A stretch of 64,000 nt of DNA from an uncultured Rhizobiaceae bacterium (GTDB lineage Bacteria; Pseudomonadota; Alphaproteobacteria; SMXQ01), in the NCBI GenBank assembly GCA_964577835.1, contig CAZOBN010000004.1:396-64395 (forward strand), given 5' to 3'. Below are positions 26,844 to 35,259 of the stretch, in pieces (position 1 is the stretch's first letter; every line of letters starts with the position of its first letter). The notes beneath the pieces are model-generated. The model worked only from the letters and a program-made list of their open reading frames with translations, was not told where the DNA came from and did no database searches. Made by a program: the position numbers and the translations under genes.

Positions 26844-26869
26844 GTGGGTTTGCAAAGTATAATATCGCC
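26844..26869. repeat. right terminal inverted repeat of the IS1595-family element
   Basis: GTGGGTTTGCAAAGTATAATATCGCC, the exact reverse complement of 23986-24011. Confidence 0.9.
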
Positions 26870-26905
26870 AAAACAAGACCGCCGGACGCTTGAGCGTCCG
26901 GCGGT
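26870..26905 (-). terminator. rho-independent terminator of the cold-shock gene (its U-tract is the IS target site)
   Basis: On the minus strand, ACCGCCGGACGC-TCAA-GCGTCCGGCGGT is followed by CTTGTTTT. That tract is the right-hand copy of the 8-bp target duplication. Confidence 0.65.
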
Positions 26906-26936
26906 TCTCGTTACGGCGATCCTCCCCCCGAAGCGA

Positions 26937-27479
26937 TCAGCCCATGCGAATGTCGGCGGCCTGCGGTCCCTTGGGGCCGTCGGTGATGACCACTTCCACC
27001 TGCTGCCCGGGTTCGAGCTGCTGGATGCCGGCGCGGCGCAGCGTGACGACATGCACGAAGACATCCCGCTGGCTATCGGCCAATGAAACGAAACCGTAGC
27101 CCTTCTCGGTGTTGAACCATTTCACGGCAGCCGGCGTATAGCTGCTGTCGTCCGCGAGCGACGCGGGCGCCTGCTCGATGGAATCGCGCAGCGGTCGCGC
27201 GACGGGCTTGGCGGTCGAGCAGTCGACCTCGACAATGCGGGTTACCTGCAGGCCTTTGGCCCGCTTTGCGACCTCGCAAAGAATCGTCGCCCCCGGCTGC
27301 AGCTCCTGATAACCCGCGTCACGCAACACGGACAGGTGAAGGAATGCATCATTCGACCCGTCAGACGGCGTTACGAAGCCAAAGCCTTTAACCGCATTGA
27401 ACCACTTCACCGTACCGCGCATTTCCTCGGTCTGAATTGGACCGGAATTGTCCGCGGAACTGAAATCTACCATTTGCAA
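26937..27479 (-). CDS. tandem cold-shock-domain protein
   Basis: Two CSDs, each with RNP-like motifs: [15 protein letters not shown]...DAFLH and [15 protein letters not shown]...DVFVH. Confidence 0.85.
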   Translation of the reverse strand: MQMVDFSSADNSGPIQTEEMRGTVKWFNAVKGFGFVTPSDGSNDAFLHLSVLRDAGYQELQPGATILCEVAKRAKGLQVTRIVEVDCSTAKPVARPLRDSIEQAPASLADDSSYTPAAVKWFNTEKGYGFVSLADSQRDVFVHVVTLRRAGIQQLEPGQQVEVVITDGPKGPQAADIRMG

Positions 27480-27849
27480 GTCTTCCCCCCGTACTCATGG
27501 AAGCCTCAAAAAGAAGCTAACATTTTTTATTTTAACCGACCAGAACAGCTTTTGGCACAGGACACTTTTATAAGAGTTCACAAAGTCCACATCTAACCAC
27601 ATTCTATAGTTGGTCAGTATTATCGACCATCTAGAATTAGTAGCGATCTGAGAGACTGTTTGAAAATGGCCAAAATTGGCATCCGCGATAGCTCATGCAA
27701 TGGAGCCAATGAAACTGGAGCCGCGGAAAGCTGCCATTTTCACTGGTGGGGATGTTGCTGTTTCCGGTGCCTCGGCACCAAAATCGACTTCCGAATCGAA
27801 TTTTCAAACGGACTCTGAAGAGGTCCCAGGAACGGCATGGCCGAACCGT

Positions 27850-29196
27850 CTAACTCAAATAGCGCAAGTATACATAGAGGTGACTGATGGCAATGCTCAC
27901 CAGCATCATCGGAAACGCATATTTCAGGTAGGTCAGGAAACGGAACGGCACGCCGTTGCCCTCGGCTATTCCCGCCACGGTCAGGTTGGCGGACGCGCCG
28001 ATCAAGGTTCCGTTGCCACCCAGACAAGCGCCGAGCGACAGCGCCCACCACAGCGGCATCAATCCTTCGGGACCGCCGAATGCGGGCGCCATGTTCTTGA
28101 TGAGCGGGATCATCGTGGCGACGAACGGGATGTTGTCGATCACCGCCGATAGAATGGCCGACGCCCAAAGTATCGAAAGGGTCGTCACGGCGAGATCGCC
28201 GCCGGTCGCCTGCAGCAGTGCATCGGCGAGAATATTGAGCAACCCGCCGACCTCGACGCCATGCACGACGATGAACAGGCCGACGAAAAAGAAGATCGTC
28301 ACCCATTCGATGTCGTTGAACGCCGATGTCACGCGCTGGTGCTGATGATCGGGCGGATGGCCGAGATTGTCGAGCATGAGCAGGACCGCGGCCCCGAGCA
28401 TGGCGATGGTCCCCGCTTCCAACCGGATGGTTCGCGCCAGGACGAAGGCGAGCACCACGCCGGCGAGCACCGCCATCGCCTGTTTCATGAGACGCGGGTC
28501 GGTTATCGCTTCGGCCGCCTTCATCGCCATGACGCGCTGCTCGGCTTCCAGTGTCGCCTTCATGCGGCGGCCCCACAGCAGATGGATCATGGCAACCTGC
28601 GCCGCCAGCACGACGACGACGACCGGAGCCAGATTGAAGACGAAGTCGTTGAAGGTCAGGCCGACGAGCGAGCCGATCAGGATGTTCGGCGGATCGCCGA
28701 TCAGGGTCGCCGTGCCGCCGATGTTGGAGGCGAAGATTTCGGCGAACAACAGCGGATAGGGCGGAATCTCCAGATCGCGGGCGATCACCAGGGTGACCGG
28801 CGCCACGAGCAGCACGGTGGTGACGTTGTCGAGAAGCGCGGAAAACACCGCCGTGACGATGGACAGCATGACGAGCAGGCCGGCGGGGCGCGCCTTCACC
28901 ACCTGGGCCGAGACGACCGCGACATATTGAAAGACACCGCATTTGCGCGTCACCGCCACGATGATCATCATGCCGGTGAGCAAGGCGATGGTGTTCCAGT
29001 CGACGCCCTTGAGCGCTTCCGCTTGATCGAACATGCCGACCAGGATCAGAATGCCGGACGCCAGCAGCGCTACGATCGCGCGGTTGAGCCGCTCGACCAT
29101 GATGCCGACATACGTCGCAATCAGGACGACGGAGGATACCCACAGCGGATCGAGGCCGAACCAGATGTGGCCCACGTCCCCTCCACTCCCGTGCAT
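27850..29196 (-). CDS. ArsB/NhaD-superfamily anion permease
   Basis: Multi-pass membrane protein with LDNVTTVLL, SNIGGTATLIGDPPNI and a repeated second half (IDNIPFVATMIP, GGNGTLIGASAN). Start set at MHGSGGDV. Confidence 0.8.
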   Translation of the reverse strand: MHGSGGDVGHIWFGLDPLWVSSVVLIATYVGIMVERLNRAIVALLASGILILVGMFDQAEALKGVDWNTIALLTGMMIIVAVTRKCGVFQYVAVVSAQVVKARPAGLLVMLSIVTAVFSALLDNVTTVLLVAPVTLVIARDLEIPPYPLLFAEIFASNIGGTATLIGDPPNILIGSLVGLTFNDFVFNLAPVVVVVLAAQVAMIHLLWGRRMKATLEAEQRVMAMKAAEAITDPRLMKQAMAVLAGVVLAFVLARTIRLEAGTIAMLGAAVLLMLDNLGHPPDHQHQRVTSAFNDIEWVTIFFFVGLFIVVHGVEVGGLLNILADALLQATGGDLAVTTLSILWASAILSAVIDNIPFVATMIPLIKNMAPAFGGPEGLMPLWWALSLGACLGGNGTLIGASANLTVAGIAEGNGVPFRFLTYLKYAFPMMLVSIAISHLYVYLRYLS

Positions 29197-29291
29197 TCTT
29201 CTTTCTCCCCCCGAAAAGGCGGGCCAGTATAGCGGCAGACGCGATTCGGCCAAGCCCCGCCGAACGCAAACCGCGAGGACCTCGTGACGCG

Positions 29292-30284
29292 ATGATGCTC
29301 CCTCTCAGACCGGCCTTGTTCGTTATCGCGGCCATGGCCATGGCCGCCGTCATCGGCGTGGATCGCGCGGCGGCCGCGTCAACGCCGCCGGCGCCGCCGT
29401 GGCAAGCGCCGCTCGCGCAGCAGGCGCCGCTCGCCGGCCAGATCCGCGAGTCGGCGAGCGGCCGCCGCCTGACGCCCGAGCAGCTGCTCGATCGCCTGGA
29501 CGGCGCCGATTTCGTGCTGCTCGGCGAGCGCCACGACAATCCGGACCATCACCGGCTGCAGGCCTGGGCCGTCGAAAGCCTGTTGATGAAGGCGCCGCGC
29601 TATGCCGTGGCGCTCGAGATGATCGACAGCGATCAGGCCGCGCGCCTGTCGCACTATCTCGCCGCATCGCCGCAGAACGCGGACCAGCTCGGCACCGCGC
29701 TGGACTGGGCCAACAGCGGGTGGCCGCACTGGAGCCAGTATCAGCCCATCGCCGCGGCGGCCATGCGGCGCGGCCTGCCGGTGCTGGCGGCCAGCCTGCC
29801 GCCGGCGTTGGCGCGGGCGATCGCGCGCGACGGGCTCGAGGCCCTGCCCGCTCCTCTGGCGGAGCAACTGCGGCTCGATCCGGCGGCGGACAAAGCCGTG
29901 CTGGCCGGGCACGCCGCGGAGATGCAGGCCGCCCATTGCGGCAAGCTGCCCGAGCGCAGCCTGGCGCCCTTCGCGGTCGCCCAATATGCGCGCGATGGCC
30001 ATATGGCGTGGGTGATGGTCGATCGGTGGCGCCGATCGGAGCGCAAGACGGGAGTCATCCTGATCGCCGGCGCGGGCCACGCGCGCAAGGATCGCGGCGT
30101 ACCGCTGCATCTCGCGCGGCTTGCGCCCGACGCGCGGGCGGTGTCGCTGGCTTTCGTGGAAGCGGATGACGGCGCCGCGCTGGATGCGGAGGTGGCGCGG
30201 CTGCCCTACGACCTGGTGTGGTTCACCGCGCGGGTCGACGACGGCGATCCGTGCAAGGACATGCCGGATGCCGAAAACGACTGA
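29292..30284 (+). CDS. ChaN-family (DUF399) exported protein
   Basis: Signal peptide, then D.VLLGE.HDN..HH..Q and the later GAGH.R.D.GVP motif. Confidence 0.7.
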   Translation: MMLPLRPALFVIAAMAMAAVIGVDRAAAASTPPAPPWQAPLAQQAPLAGQIRESASGRRLTPEQLLDRLDGADFVLLGERHDNPDHHRLQAWAVESLLMKAPRYAVALEMIDSDQAARLSHYLAASPQNADQLGTALDWANSGWPHWSQYQPIAAAAMRRGLPVLAASLPPALARAIARDGLEALPAPLAEQLRLDPAADKAVLAGHAAEMQAAHCGKLPERSLAPFAVAQYARDGHMAWVMVDRWRRSERKTGVILIAGAGHARKDRGVPLHLARLAPDARAVSLAFVEADDGAALDAEVARLPYDLVWFTARVDDGDPCKDMPDAEND

Positions 30285-30286
30285 CG

Positions 30287-30826
30287 TCAATCCCTCGGCT
30301 TGGCCGCGGTGGCCTTCGGCATCCAGGCGCGCACGGCGACCGGCGCGCCGCTCTGAGTGCGCAGCACGCGCGCCGGCCGTTGCGGCGGCGGCGCCACGAC
30401 GGTTATCGCGGCGGCCATCGCCGCGATATCGATGACATGGCCGCGCCCGGCCTCGATGTAGGCCTTGTTCTTGGCAACCAGGTCGTTGAGCCGCTCGATC
30501 GGCATATGGGCATAACGGTCCCACACCGTGCCGAGAAAATCGCGCACCCGGCCGATCAGGGTATCGACCATGATCTCGTCGGGCCGCCCGTCCGCGAGCA
30601 GCCGCTGCAGGTTGGGCTCCACCGGCCCGCCATCCTCGGCCAGGAACACCGCCGGCATCAGCATGCCGCCGATCTCGGCCGCGCAATGGCTCTGGGCAAG
30701 GTAAAGCAGCCGATGCAGTGTCTGGAACGGCAGATGGCTATCGTCGGCGCGCGCCCGGTCGAGGAACCAGATGGCGACGTCGAGCGCCGTGCGTGCCGCG
30801 GGCGGTATGGAGCGGTCGAATTCCAT
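30287..30826 (-). CDS. DUF4065/Panacea-like domain protein
   Basis: ALDVAIWFLDRA ... LHRLLYLAQSH ... GGPVEP matches the pattern I recall for DUF4065 (SocA/GepA-like antitoxin domain). This is recognition by eye only. Confidence 0.5.
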   Translation of the reverse strand: MEFDRSIPPAARTALDVAIWFLDRARADDSHLPFQTLHRLLYLAQSHCAAEIGGMLMPAVFLAEDGGPVEPNLQRLLADGRPDEIMVDTLIGRVRDFLGTVWDRYAHMPIERLNDLVAKNKAYIEAGRGHVIDIAAMAAAITVVAPPPQRPARVLRTQSGAPVAVRAWMPKATAAKPRD

Positions 30827-30990
30827 AGTCCGCTTATAGGGCGCAAATCCTGAAAAGCCGGTTAAGCGGAATCAGCGCTCTCCGTCGTCCTGGCCGCGCC
30901 TTGGCTCGGCCGGCCCGCGTTTTTAGCGCTGAAGCTATTGAAAATGTCGCGGACCGAGGCGGAATGGTCTCGCCGGGACACGGCGGCGGT

Positions 30991-31368
30991 TTAGGACGGC
31001 GCGTCGTAGATGTCGCCCGGCTTCACCCGGCGTTCGGACTTGTCGAGCTTGTCGATGGTGTAGCGATAGGCCTCGGCGGCGGCGCGCACGCGCGCGTTCC
31101 AGGCGAGCGATCCTTCGACCAGATCGGTGAACCTGCCGCGGCGCCGGCGACGCTTGCCCGAGCCTTCGTTATTGTCCACCGCCGGGGCGCTTTCCAGACC
31201 CTCGGCGCCTTCGCGCAGCAAGGACTCCTCCTGCGCGCCGGTGCGTTTGGATGCGGCGCTGGTTTCGATGTTCGCGCTATCCGACGTCTTCGCCACATTG
31301 CGCGCGCCAGCGGCCACGCGGCTTCCCGCGACTCGCTGGGCATAGGCGTTGCGCACTGGTGCGATCAT
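30991..31368 (-). CDS. hypothetical 125-aa protein (disordered N-terminal half, basic patch, helical C-terminus)
   Basis: GC3-rich codons on this strand; the antisense ORF has junk-like composition. No recognisable domain. Confidence 0.5.
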   Translation of the reverse strand: MIAPVRNAYAQRVAGSRVAAGARNVAKTSDSANIETSAASKRTGAQEESLLREGAEGLESAPAVDNNEGSGKRRRRRGRFTDLVEGSLAWNARVRAAAEAYRYTIDKLDKSERRVKPGDIYDAPS

Positions 31369-31462
31369 GGAAACCCCGGTTCAAGCGAGGATCAATAGGA
31401 GATTCGTCGCACGGTGACTTGCGACGGTCAAGGAACATCGCTGCGCAATCTATTGGTTTACC

Positions 31463-31486
31463 TCGCAATTTTAGTTAAAATTGCGA
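31463..31486. promoter_or_regulatory. perfect AT-rich palindrome TCGCAATTTTA-GT-TAAAATTGCGA (operator-like)
   Basis: 11-bp arms are exact reverse complements. Located about 95 nt upstream of the 125-aa ORF start and 18 nt downstream of the radical-SAM gene stop. Confidence 0.5.
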
Positions 31487-31503
31487 CTGGAAAGCACACG
31501 AAA

Positions 31504-32451
31504 TCAGAGGCTTCGGCTGCACGAGCCGCCGCCCAGCACGCAGAACTGGGCGCAATGGGGATGATTCAGCTTCACCGGCTCCATCGCCCCGGCCAGGCTG
31601 CGCCCCATTTCGAACCGCGGGTCATAGGGCAGCAACGTGCAGGCGACCACCGCCGGAGCATCGGACTCCCGCCGCCGCACCACCATGCGGGCCGAGGCAC
31701 ACATCATCGTATCGGGCGACACATGCAGGATATCCCAGCAGTGCTCGGTAATCTCCGGCACGTCGGCCATGACATCCATCTCCGGAAACAGCACCAATTG
31801 TTCGGGATCGGCCGCATCGACATGGATGGCCTCGCGCGCGAACAGGTCGGCGTAGCCCTGGCGCAGCTCTTGCTCCGAGTCGCCCCACAAGGTGCGGCCG
31901 GCGACGTGCACGGCGAAACCGTTCGCCGACAGCCATTTGAGCCCGTCGAGGGTTGCCACGAAGCCGCCCGCCCCGCGCTCCTCGTCGTGCTTGGGGGCAG
32001 TCGGATGATCGAGGGAGACCCGGATGATGAGGCGGCGTCCGAAGCGCTGGCGTAAATCGAGCAGTTGCCGTTCGTGACGTCGCATCGGTCGCATGGCATT
32101 GGTCAGCACCAGCACCCGGAAGCCACGATCGAGCGCCACCTCGAGCATCGCCATGATGTCGGGATTCATGAAGGGCTCGCCGCCGGTGAAGCCGATCTCG
32201 CGGGTCGGCCAGCGGTGGGCCGCGATCTCGTCGAGATAGCCGATCAGGTCCGTGAGCGGGAAATAGGCGAGCCGGTCGTTGCGCGGGCTGGATTCGATGT
32301 AGCAGTGTCCGCAGGCGATGTTGCACAGGGTCCCGGTGTTGATCCACAGGGTCCGCAGGCCGGTGAAATCCACATGGGCGCGCCGCTCGCCCTTGGCGGT
32401 CACTTCGGGGTCGTGGAACTTCGCTGCCGTGGCGATGGGTGAATCGTCCAT
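31504..32451 (-). CDS. radical SAM protein with Cys-rich C-terminal region
   Basis: CNIACGHC (CX3CX2C) cluster motif, GGEPF, and C-terminal cysteines (HPHCAQFCVLGGGSC). Confidence 0.8.
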   Translation of the reverse strand: MDDSPIATAAKFHDPEVTAKGERRAHVDFTGLRTLWINTGTLCNIACGHCYIESSPRNDRLAYFPLTDLIGYLDEIAAHRWPTREIGFTGGEPFMNPDIMAMLEVALDRGFRVLVLTNAMRPMRRHERQLLDLRQRFGRRLIIRVSLDHPTAPKHDEERGAGGFVATLDGLKWLSANGFAVHVAGRTLWGDSEQELRQGYADLFAREAIHVDAADPEQLVLFPEMDVMADVPEITEHCWDILHVSPDTMMCASARMVVRRRESDAPAVVACTLLPYDPRFEMGRSLAGAMEPVKLNHPHCAQFCVLGGGSCSRSL

Positions 32452-32711
32452 GCCCCGTCATAAACCCACCCCATCGCCGAACCAACTCAAAAGCCGGTGA
32501 CCGAACACCGTGGTGGCCTGCTACGAACGTGGATGTCCCGCCGGGAGAATCTCATAAAAGACCGGCTTTGATGCGGCACGCGGCAGCGTGGTGCCGTTGC
32601 GGCGCGGCAGGTTTGTGTTACTTTCCATGGAATAACCGCATGAAGGTCGAAGGCCCTAGCCTGGCAGCGAAGGCTACACTCCGCCGACCCAAATCTGACC
32701 GGATGAGGCTC

Positions 32712-33299
32712 ATGTCCGAGGAACACGCTTCCAGCCACGGCGATCAAGACGGCGGCCTCGGGCATAACCAGCCGAAGGAAAAGGTGTGGGACCGCTGGGA
32801 CCGCAAGCGCGTCTTCGTGCGCGCGCTCGAAGGCACCTATGGCGACGTCTACAAGAGCCTGTTCGAGCAGCCGCGCGTCTATCATGCCAAGGATTGGGGG
32901 TGGCACGGCGGCCCGCAGTTCTGGGACAAGGCGGTGATCAATCCGCAGTCCGTCAACATCGCCCAATCCATCGAATGCCATCTCGACGTCTACGCGCCGC
33001 ACGGCGTGGGCCAGAAGCACGGCCATATGAACTCGGCCGCCTTCTACATCCTGACCGGCAAGGGCCACGACATCCACGACGGCGCGCACTACCACTACGA
33101 GGCGGGTGACAGCATCGTCGTGGAGAACGGCTGCGTGCACCAGCATATCAATGACGGCGACGAACAGATGATCGTGCTGGTGATGAAAGCCAAGCCGCTC
33201 TTCCTGTTCATGCACATGCTGTTTCAAAAGATGGTCGAATATCCCGCCAAGACCATCCCCGAAGGCGCCGAGAATTTCGCGCCGCCGACGCACATCTGA
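32712..33299 (+). CDS. cupin-domain protein
   Basis: Cupin motifs (GQKHGHMNSAAFYILTG ... GDSIVVENGCVHQH). Start uncertain (32640, 32703 or 32712). Confidence 0.6.
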   Translation: MSEEHASSHGDQDGGLGHNQPKEKVWDRWDRKRVFVRALEGTYGDVYKSLFEQPRVYHAKDWGWHGGPQFWDKAVINPQSVNIAQSIECHLDVYAPHGVGQKHGHMNSAAFYILTGKGHDIHDGAHYHYEAGDSIVVENGCVHQHINDGDEQMIVLVMKAKPLFLFMHMLFQKMVEYPAKTIPEGAENFAPPTHI

Positions 33300-33314
33300 T
33301 ATTTAAGTTCGTCA

Positions 33315-33593
33315 TGGCCCGGCTCGACCCACGGCTGTCCGGTTCAGTATCCAAGTTTCCCGGGAAAGCGCTGACAGCATGATGTTTGGTGGTGGCTTCG
33401 CGGAGGACGGACACAGATCGTCACCGTCACAAGCGACGGCTTGACGTGGATGGCCCGACTAAATCGGGCCATGACGAAACTGAGCCGAAATTCAGGAAAA
33501 ATCGTCATGCCCCGACTTGTTCGGGGCATCCACGAAGCGGCGCTTCCATCCTCCGCAGGCCTCAACCGGACAGCAGTGGGTCGAGTCGGGCCA
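33315..33593. mobile_element. MITE-like non-coding element, copy 2 (inverted relative to copy 1)
   Basis: 29-bp ends TGGCCCGGCTCGACCCACGGCTGTCCGGT and ACCGGACAGCAGTGGGTCGAGTCGGGCCA, with 2 mismatches between the arms. The interior is collinear with the reverse complement of 12895-13172. Confidence 0.6.
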
Positions 33594-33638
33594 CGACGGT
33601 TTCTGGCTTTGTCAGGCAACGTCGTTGGTCCCGGCGCT

Positions 33639-33670
33639 AAAAAACCCCGCGGATCGCCGCGGGGTTTTTT
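33639..33670. terminator. bidirectional rho-independent terminator
   Basis: A-run, then CCCCGCGG-ATCG-CCGCGGGG, then a T6 run. Lies downstream of the GST gene on the minus strand. Confidence 0.65.
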
Positions 33671-33690
33671 GCAGGCGCCGTTTGCGCGCT

Positions 33691-34281
33691 TCATGCCACC
33701 GGCTTGACCTCCATCCCCTTCTTCACCGCGGGCCGCGCGCCGACGCGATCGAGCCACTTGGCGACATTGGGATAATCCGACACCTTCACGGTATCGTGCT
33801 TGATGCCGTTGACGCGCGTATAGGGAATGATATCGGCGATCGAGTAGCTGCCGGCGAAATATTCGTTGCTGGCAAGATGCTTGTCCATCGTCTCCAACTG
33901 GCTCTTCGAGCTGCTTTCGATCGACGGATCGTTGATGCGGCCGAGCGCGCCTGTGGTCCACAGCACGTTGGTGGCATGGAACATCGACCATTTCAGCACG
34001 TTCGGATGCTCGGCCGGCGAGCCCAGGAACTTGCCGCTTTTCTCGGCCAGGTAGAAGCAGATGGCGACCGATTCGAAGATCGTCGCCGGCTGACCGCCGG
34101 GGCCGTCGCTGTCGGTCATCGAGGGAATCTTGCGATAGGGATTGATCTTGGCGTATTCCGGCGTCTTATGTTCGCCCTTATGGATGTCGATCCAATGCAT
34201 ATTGTAGGGCAGCCCCGCCTCTTCGGCCATGATGATGGCGCGCCGGCCGTTGGTCGTCGTCCAGGTGTAGAGATCGATCAT
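33691..34281 (-). CDS. glutathione S-transferase
   Basis: N-terminal thioredoxin-like GST fold (INP..K.P...D ... ESVAI..YL) plus a helical C-terminal domain. Start set at MIDLYTW. Confidence 0.8.
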   Translation of the reverse strand: MIDLYTWTTTNGRRAIIMAEEAGLPYNMHWIDIHKGEHKTPEYAKINPYRKIPSMTDSDGPGGQPATIFESVAICFYLAEKSGKFLGSPAEHPNVLKWSMFHATNVLWTTGALGRINDPSIESSSKSQLETMDKHLASNEYFAGSYSIADIIPYTRVNGIKHDTVKVSDYPNVAKWLDRVGARPAVKKGMEVKPVA

Positions 34282-34322
34282 GGATTGTCTTTCCTTATTG
34301 CTTCTTGGCGCGCTGCCCATGG

Positions 34323-35165
34323 TCAGACCGGGCGCTTTCCCTTGATGCTGATGCGCCGCAGCATGCGCCGCGTGTTGGGACTGAAATCCGTGCGCGCGTG
34401 CAGCGTGCAGCGATTATCCCACATCACAAGCTCGCCGACCGACCATTTGTGGTCGTAGATGAATTCCGGCCGTTCCGCCTGCTGGAACAGGTATTCGAGC
34501 AGCTCGTCGCTCTCCTTGCGGTCCATGCCGACGATGTGGTCGGTCATCAGGCGATTGACATAGAGGCCCTTGCGGCCGGTCTCGTCATGGGTGCGCACGA
34601 CGGGATGCACGAACTTCGGCGCGTCCGGCGCGATCTCCTTGGCCTTGACGGTCGGATTGGAGCCGTAGTCGTAGACGTTGAGCGCCTTGAGCCCATCGAT
34701 ACGCTTCTTCACCTCGGCCGGCAGCGAGTCGTAGACCGCGGTCGCGCTGGAGAACAGCGTGTCCCCGCCGGTCGGCGGCACCTCGATGCTGTAGAGCAGC
34801 GTCGCCTTGCCCGGCAGCTCGTAATAGCACTGGTCGGCATGGAACTGCATCTCGCCGTCCGGCAGGGCGCCCTTGTTGCCATCGGGGCCGATCACGTTGC
34901 TGACCATCAGGAAGTAGGGATTGGAATTGAGGCCTGGCGTGGTGCGGACCTCCTGCAGCTCGCCGAAGCGCCGGCCAAACGCGATCTGCTGGTCGCCGTC
35001 GAGCTTCTGGTTACGGAATACCAGCACCTGATACTTCAGCCAGGCGTCGTGGATCGCCTTGAATGTCGCCTCGTCCAGCGGACGGCTGATGTCCACGCCG
35101 GTAATCTCGGCGCCGATCATGGGGGTCAGGGGTTTCACGCCAATGGTCATGGTATCGGTCATCAC
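34323..35165 (-). CDS. TauD/TfdA-family Fe(II)/2-oxoglutarate dioxygenase
   Basis: 280 aa with the facial-triad context FHADQCY (HxD), a distal H, and WDNRCTLH. Confidence 0.85.
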   Translation of the reverse strand: MMTDTMTIGVKPLTPMIGAEITGVDISRPLDEATFKAIHDAWLKYQVLVFRNQKLDGDQQIAFGRRFGELQEVRTTPGLNSNPYFLMVSNVIGPDGNKGALPDGEMQFHADQCYYELPGKATLLYSIEVPPTGGDTLFSSATAVYDSLPAEVKKRIDGLKALNVYDYGSNPTVKAKEIAPDAPKFVHPVVRTHDETGRKGLYVNRLMTDHIVGMDRKESDELLEYLFQQAERPEFIYDHKWSVGELVMWDNRCTLHARTDFSPNTRRMLRRISIKGKRPV

Positions 35166-35259
35166 TACGCCTCTTGCACACTACTTCGATAGCGAACGAT
35201 CTGGCCTCACTCTAATCCAGTACTGAGTATTTTCAACAGCGGCGGAGGCCCGGGAGCAC

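Larger units (their letters stand above)
23986..26869 (-). mobile_element. IS1595-family insertion element carrying passenger genes (2884 bp)
   Basis: Perfect 26-bp terminal inverted repeats, flanked by the 8-bp direct repeat AAAACAAG (23978-23985 and 26870-26877). Contains an ISXO2-like transposase plus four non-transposition ORFs. G+C is visibly lower than in the flanks. Confidence 0.8.

Noticed and set aside
27553-27568. Sigma-54-like TGGCAC-N5-ACTT motif in the csp upstream region.
   Set aside because: The -12 element does not match TTGC, and the motif points away from csp, towards the 3' end of a convergent gene.
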